64,000 bases of DNA from an uncultured Ignavibacteria bacterium (GTDB taxonomy: Bacteria; Zixibacteria; MSB-5A5; CAIYYT01). Position numbers and translations under genes: made by a program. This document shows, in pieces, positions 62,757 through 64,000 of the stretch (its first letter is position 1; each line of letters begins with the position of its first letter). The stretch is from the NCBI GenBank assembly GCA_964537215.1, contig CAZIBI010000018.1:16122-80121 (forward strand). Direction: 5' to 3'. The notes beneath the pieces are model-generated. The model saw only the letters and a program-made list of their open reading frames with translations. It was not told where the DNA came from and made no database searches.

Positions 62757-64000
62757 ATGGCTGAACAATACATCTTCACAATGCTGGGCCTGAACAAGTT
62801 TTATGGCCAAAAACAGGTGCTGCGCAACATCAATTTGAGCTTCTTCCCGGGCGCCAAAATCGGAATCGTGGGTGAAAACGGATCGGGCAAATCGACGGTG
62901 CTCAAGATCATGGCAGGCATGGATGACGCTTATCAGGGGACGGCAAAGCTGATCGGCAATTTCCGGTCAGGATTTGTCATGCAGGAACCGCTTTTGGACG
63001 AAAAGGCGACAGTGCGGACTAATGTCGAGCAGGCATTCGGCAAGGTCACCACGATGATGAACGAATACAACGAGATCACCGCCAAAATGGGCGACGAAAT
63101 GCCGGACGACAAGATGCAAAAGCTGATGGACCGGTTGGGTGAATTGCAGGAGCAGCTCGATGCCGCCGATGCCTGGAATCTTGATGTGGCAATCCGGCAA
63201 GCGGCGGACGCACTGTGTCTGCCCGATGACGAGCGCATTGTCGAGACGCTTTCGGGCGGAGAGAAACGGCGGGTGGCTTTGTGCAAGGCGCTATTGGAGC
63301 GGCCAGATTTGTTGCTACTGGATGAACCGACCAACCATCTGGACGCCGAGACGGTCGACTGGCTGGAAGAGCAGCTTAAGGACTATCCGGGGACGGTCAT
63401 TATCGTAACGCACGACCGGTATTTCCTCGACAATATCACCAAGTGGATTTTGGAACTCGAGGGCGGCTACGGAATTCCGTACTCGGGGAATTATACCTCG
63501 TGGCTCGAGCAGAAGCTGGGCAAGATCACCGGCGACGAAAAGAAAGAGACGCCGCGCTCGCGGATGCTTAACCGCGAGCTGGCGTGGATCAAGATGTCAA
63601 ACCGCGACCGGCAGGAGCTGACGCGCTCGCGCATCATCGAGTATGAACAGTTGGTAGCGCGGGAAGAAGCGGCTGCCAAAGAAGGCGGCGCGAATATCGT
63701 GATTGCGCCGGGGCCAGAACTGGGCGAGTCGGTGATCGAATTTAAGAACGTTTCCAAGACGTATGGCGAGCGGGTGATTTTCAAGGATGCCAGTTTCATC
63801 GTGCCACGTTCGGCGATTGTCGGGCTGGTGGGTCCAAATGGCACCGGCAAGACGACGATGTTCCGGATGATCGTTGGACAGGAGACGCCGACTGCGGGCG
63901 AGGTCAAAGTCGGCGCGACAGTGCAGTTGGCGTATGTTGACCAGGAGCGCGATTCGCTGACCGGCGACGTGAGTTTAATCGAGGAGATCGGCGGCGGCGC
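62757..64000 (+). CDS. ettA: Energy-dependent translational throttle protein EttA (ABC-F family ATPase); 3' partial at window end
   Basis: Not in the ORF track because the window ends before a stop. My translation from the ATG at 62757 gives 'MAEQYIFTMLGLNKFYGQKQVLRNINLSFFPGAKIGIVGENGSGKST', which is very close to the E. coli EttA N-terminus. 'LSGGEKRRVALCKALLERPDLLLLDEPTNHLD'. A second NBD begins near 63700. Confidence 0.9.
   Translation, partial: MAEQYIFTMLGLNKFYGQKQVLRNINLSFFPGAKIGIVGENGSGKSTVLKIMAGMDDAYQGTAKLIGNFRSGFVMQEPLLDEKATVRTNVEQAFGKVTTMMNEYNEITAKMGDEMPDDKMQKLMDRLGELQEQLDAADAWNLDVAIRQAADALCLPDDERIVETLSGGEKRRVALCKALLERPDLLLLDEPTNHLDAETVDWLEEQLKDYPGTVIIVTHDRYFLDNITKWILELEGGYGIPYSGNYTSWLEQKLGKITGDEKKETPRSRMLNRELAWIKMSNRDRQELTRSRIIEYEQLVAREEAAAKEGGANIVIAPGPELGESVIEFKNVSKTYGERVIFKDASFIVPRSAIVGLVGPNGTGKTTMFRMIVGQETPTAGEVKVGATVQLAYVDQERDSLTGDVSLIEEIGGG

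Noticed and set aside
62569-62793. 74 aa ORF in the divergent region upstream of ettA
   Set aside because: It overlaps the ettA start, has no SD and no recognisable features. Likely spurious.
63491-63907. 138 aa minus-strand ORF near the window end
   Set aside because: It is antisense to ettA, which has an unmistakable ABC-F translation in the plus frame.
1-64000. CRISPR arrays, transposases, integrases, phage genes
   Set aside because: No regularly spaced direct repeats beyond the short elements reported. No DDE/tyrosine-recombinase-like ORFs seen in any frame.

Overview
This 64 kb window from a diderm bacterium (GC roughly mid-50s %) carries about 65 genes on both strands. I found no rRNA or tRNA genes, no CRISPR array and no transposase or integrase. 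The lineage looks like one that uses a T9SS-like secretion system: a C-terminal sorting domain on a large secreted protein is followed by a PorV-like barrel gene, and lipoproteins are numerous. Recognisable content by region:
- 1-3.3 kb: a 5'-truncated secreted repeat protein with a T9SS-type C-terminal domain, plus a PorV-like outer-membrane barrel.
- 3.4-14.9 kb: Lon protease, a TPR protein, an outer-membrane barrel, an aconitase-family gene, an ADP-ribosylglycohydrolase and an Asp/Glu racemase.
- 15.1-21.5 kb: an iron/heme island: a DtxR/MntR-family regulator, feoA-feoB, a TonB-dependent receptor and a tandem HmuY-like lipoprotein.
- 21.6-37.1 kb: FKBP PPIase, a LolD/FtsX-type ABC pair, a beta-helix protein, SprT-like protein, Fe/Mn superoxide dismutase, a GGDEF cyclase, an orphan MalK-type ATPase, a tandem-receiver response regulator, SuhB and a heterodimeric ABC exporter.
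- 37.2-45.9 kb: a GH57 glycoside hydrolase, a small Cys-rich secreted peptide with a TlpA-like oxidoreductase, adaA-ogt, DinB, DUF3303, miaB and an ABM monooxygenase.
- 46.1-56.3 kb: an ECF sigma factor with a Ser/Thr kinase, then a redox/stress cluster (short FAD oxidoreductase, rubrerythrin, IscU-like scaffold, Crp/Fnr regulator, NapH-like polyferredoxin, DUF438-hemerythrin-PAS protein, DUF1858-DUF2249 protein).
- 56.3-64 kb: a three-gene cassette (hypothetical protein, RimK-type ATP-grasp ligase, GNAT), two L,D-transpeptidases with lipoproteins, and ettA (3' partial).
Most worth follow-up:
- the Cys-rich mini-protein with its TlpA-like partner;
- the ATP-grasp/GNAT cassette;
- the Crp-NapH-DUF438-DUF1858 module;
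- a beta-propeller lipoprotein split by one in-frame TAA;
- TGACAC-type candidate operator motifs in the iron island;
- short repeat/hairpin families shared between distant intergenic regions;
- an 800 bp gene-free structured region.
All protein calls rest on motif recognition by eye; no database search was possible.
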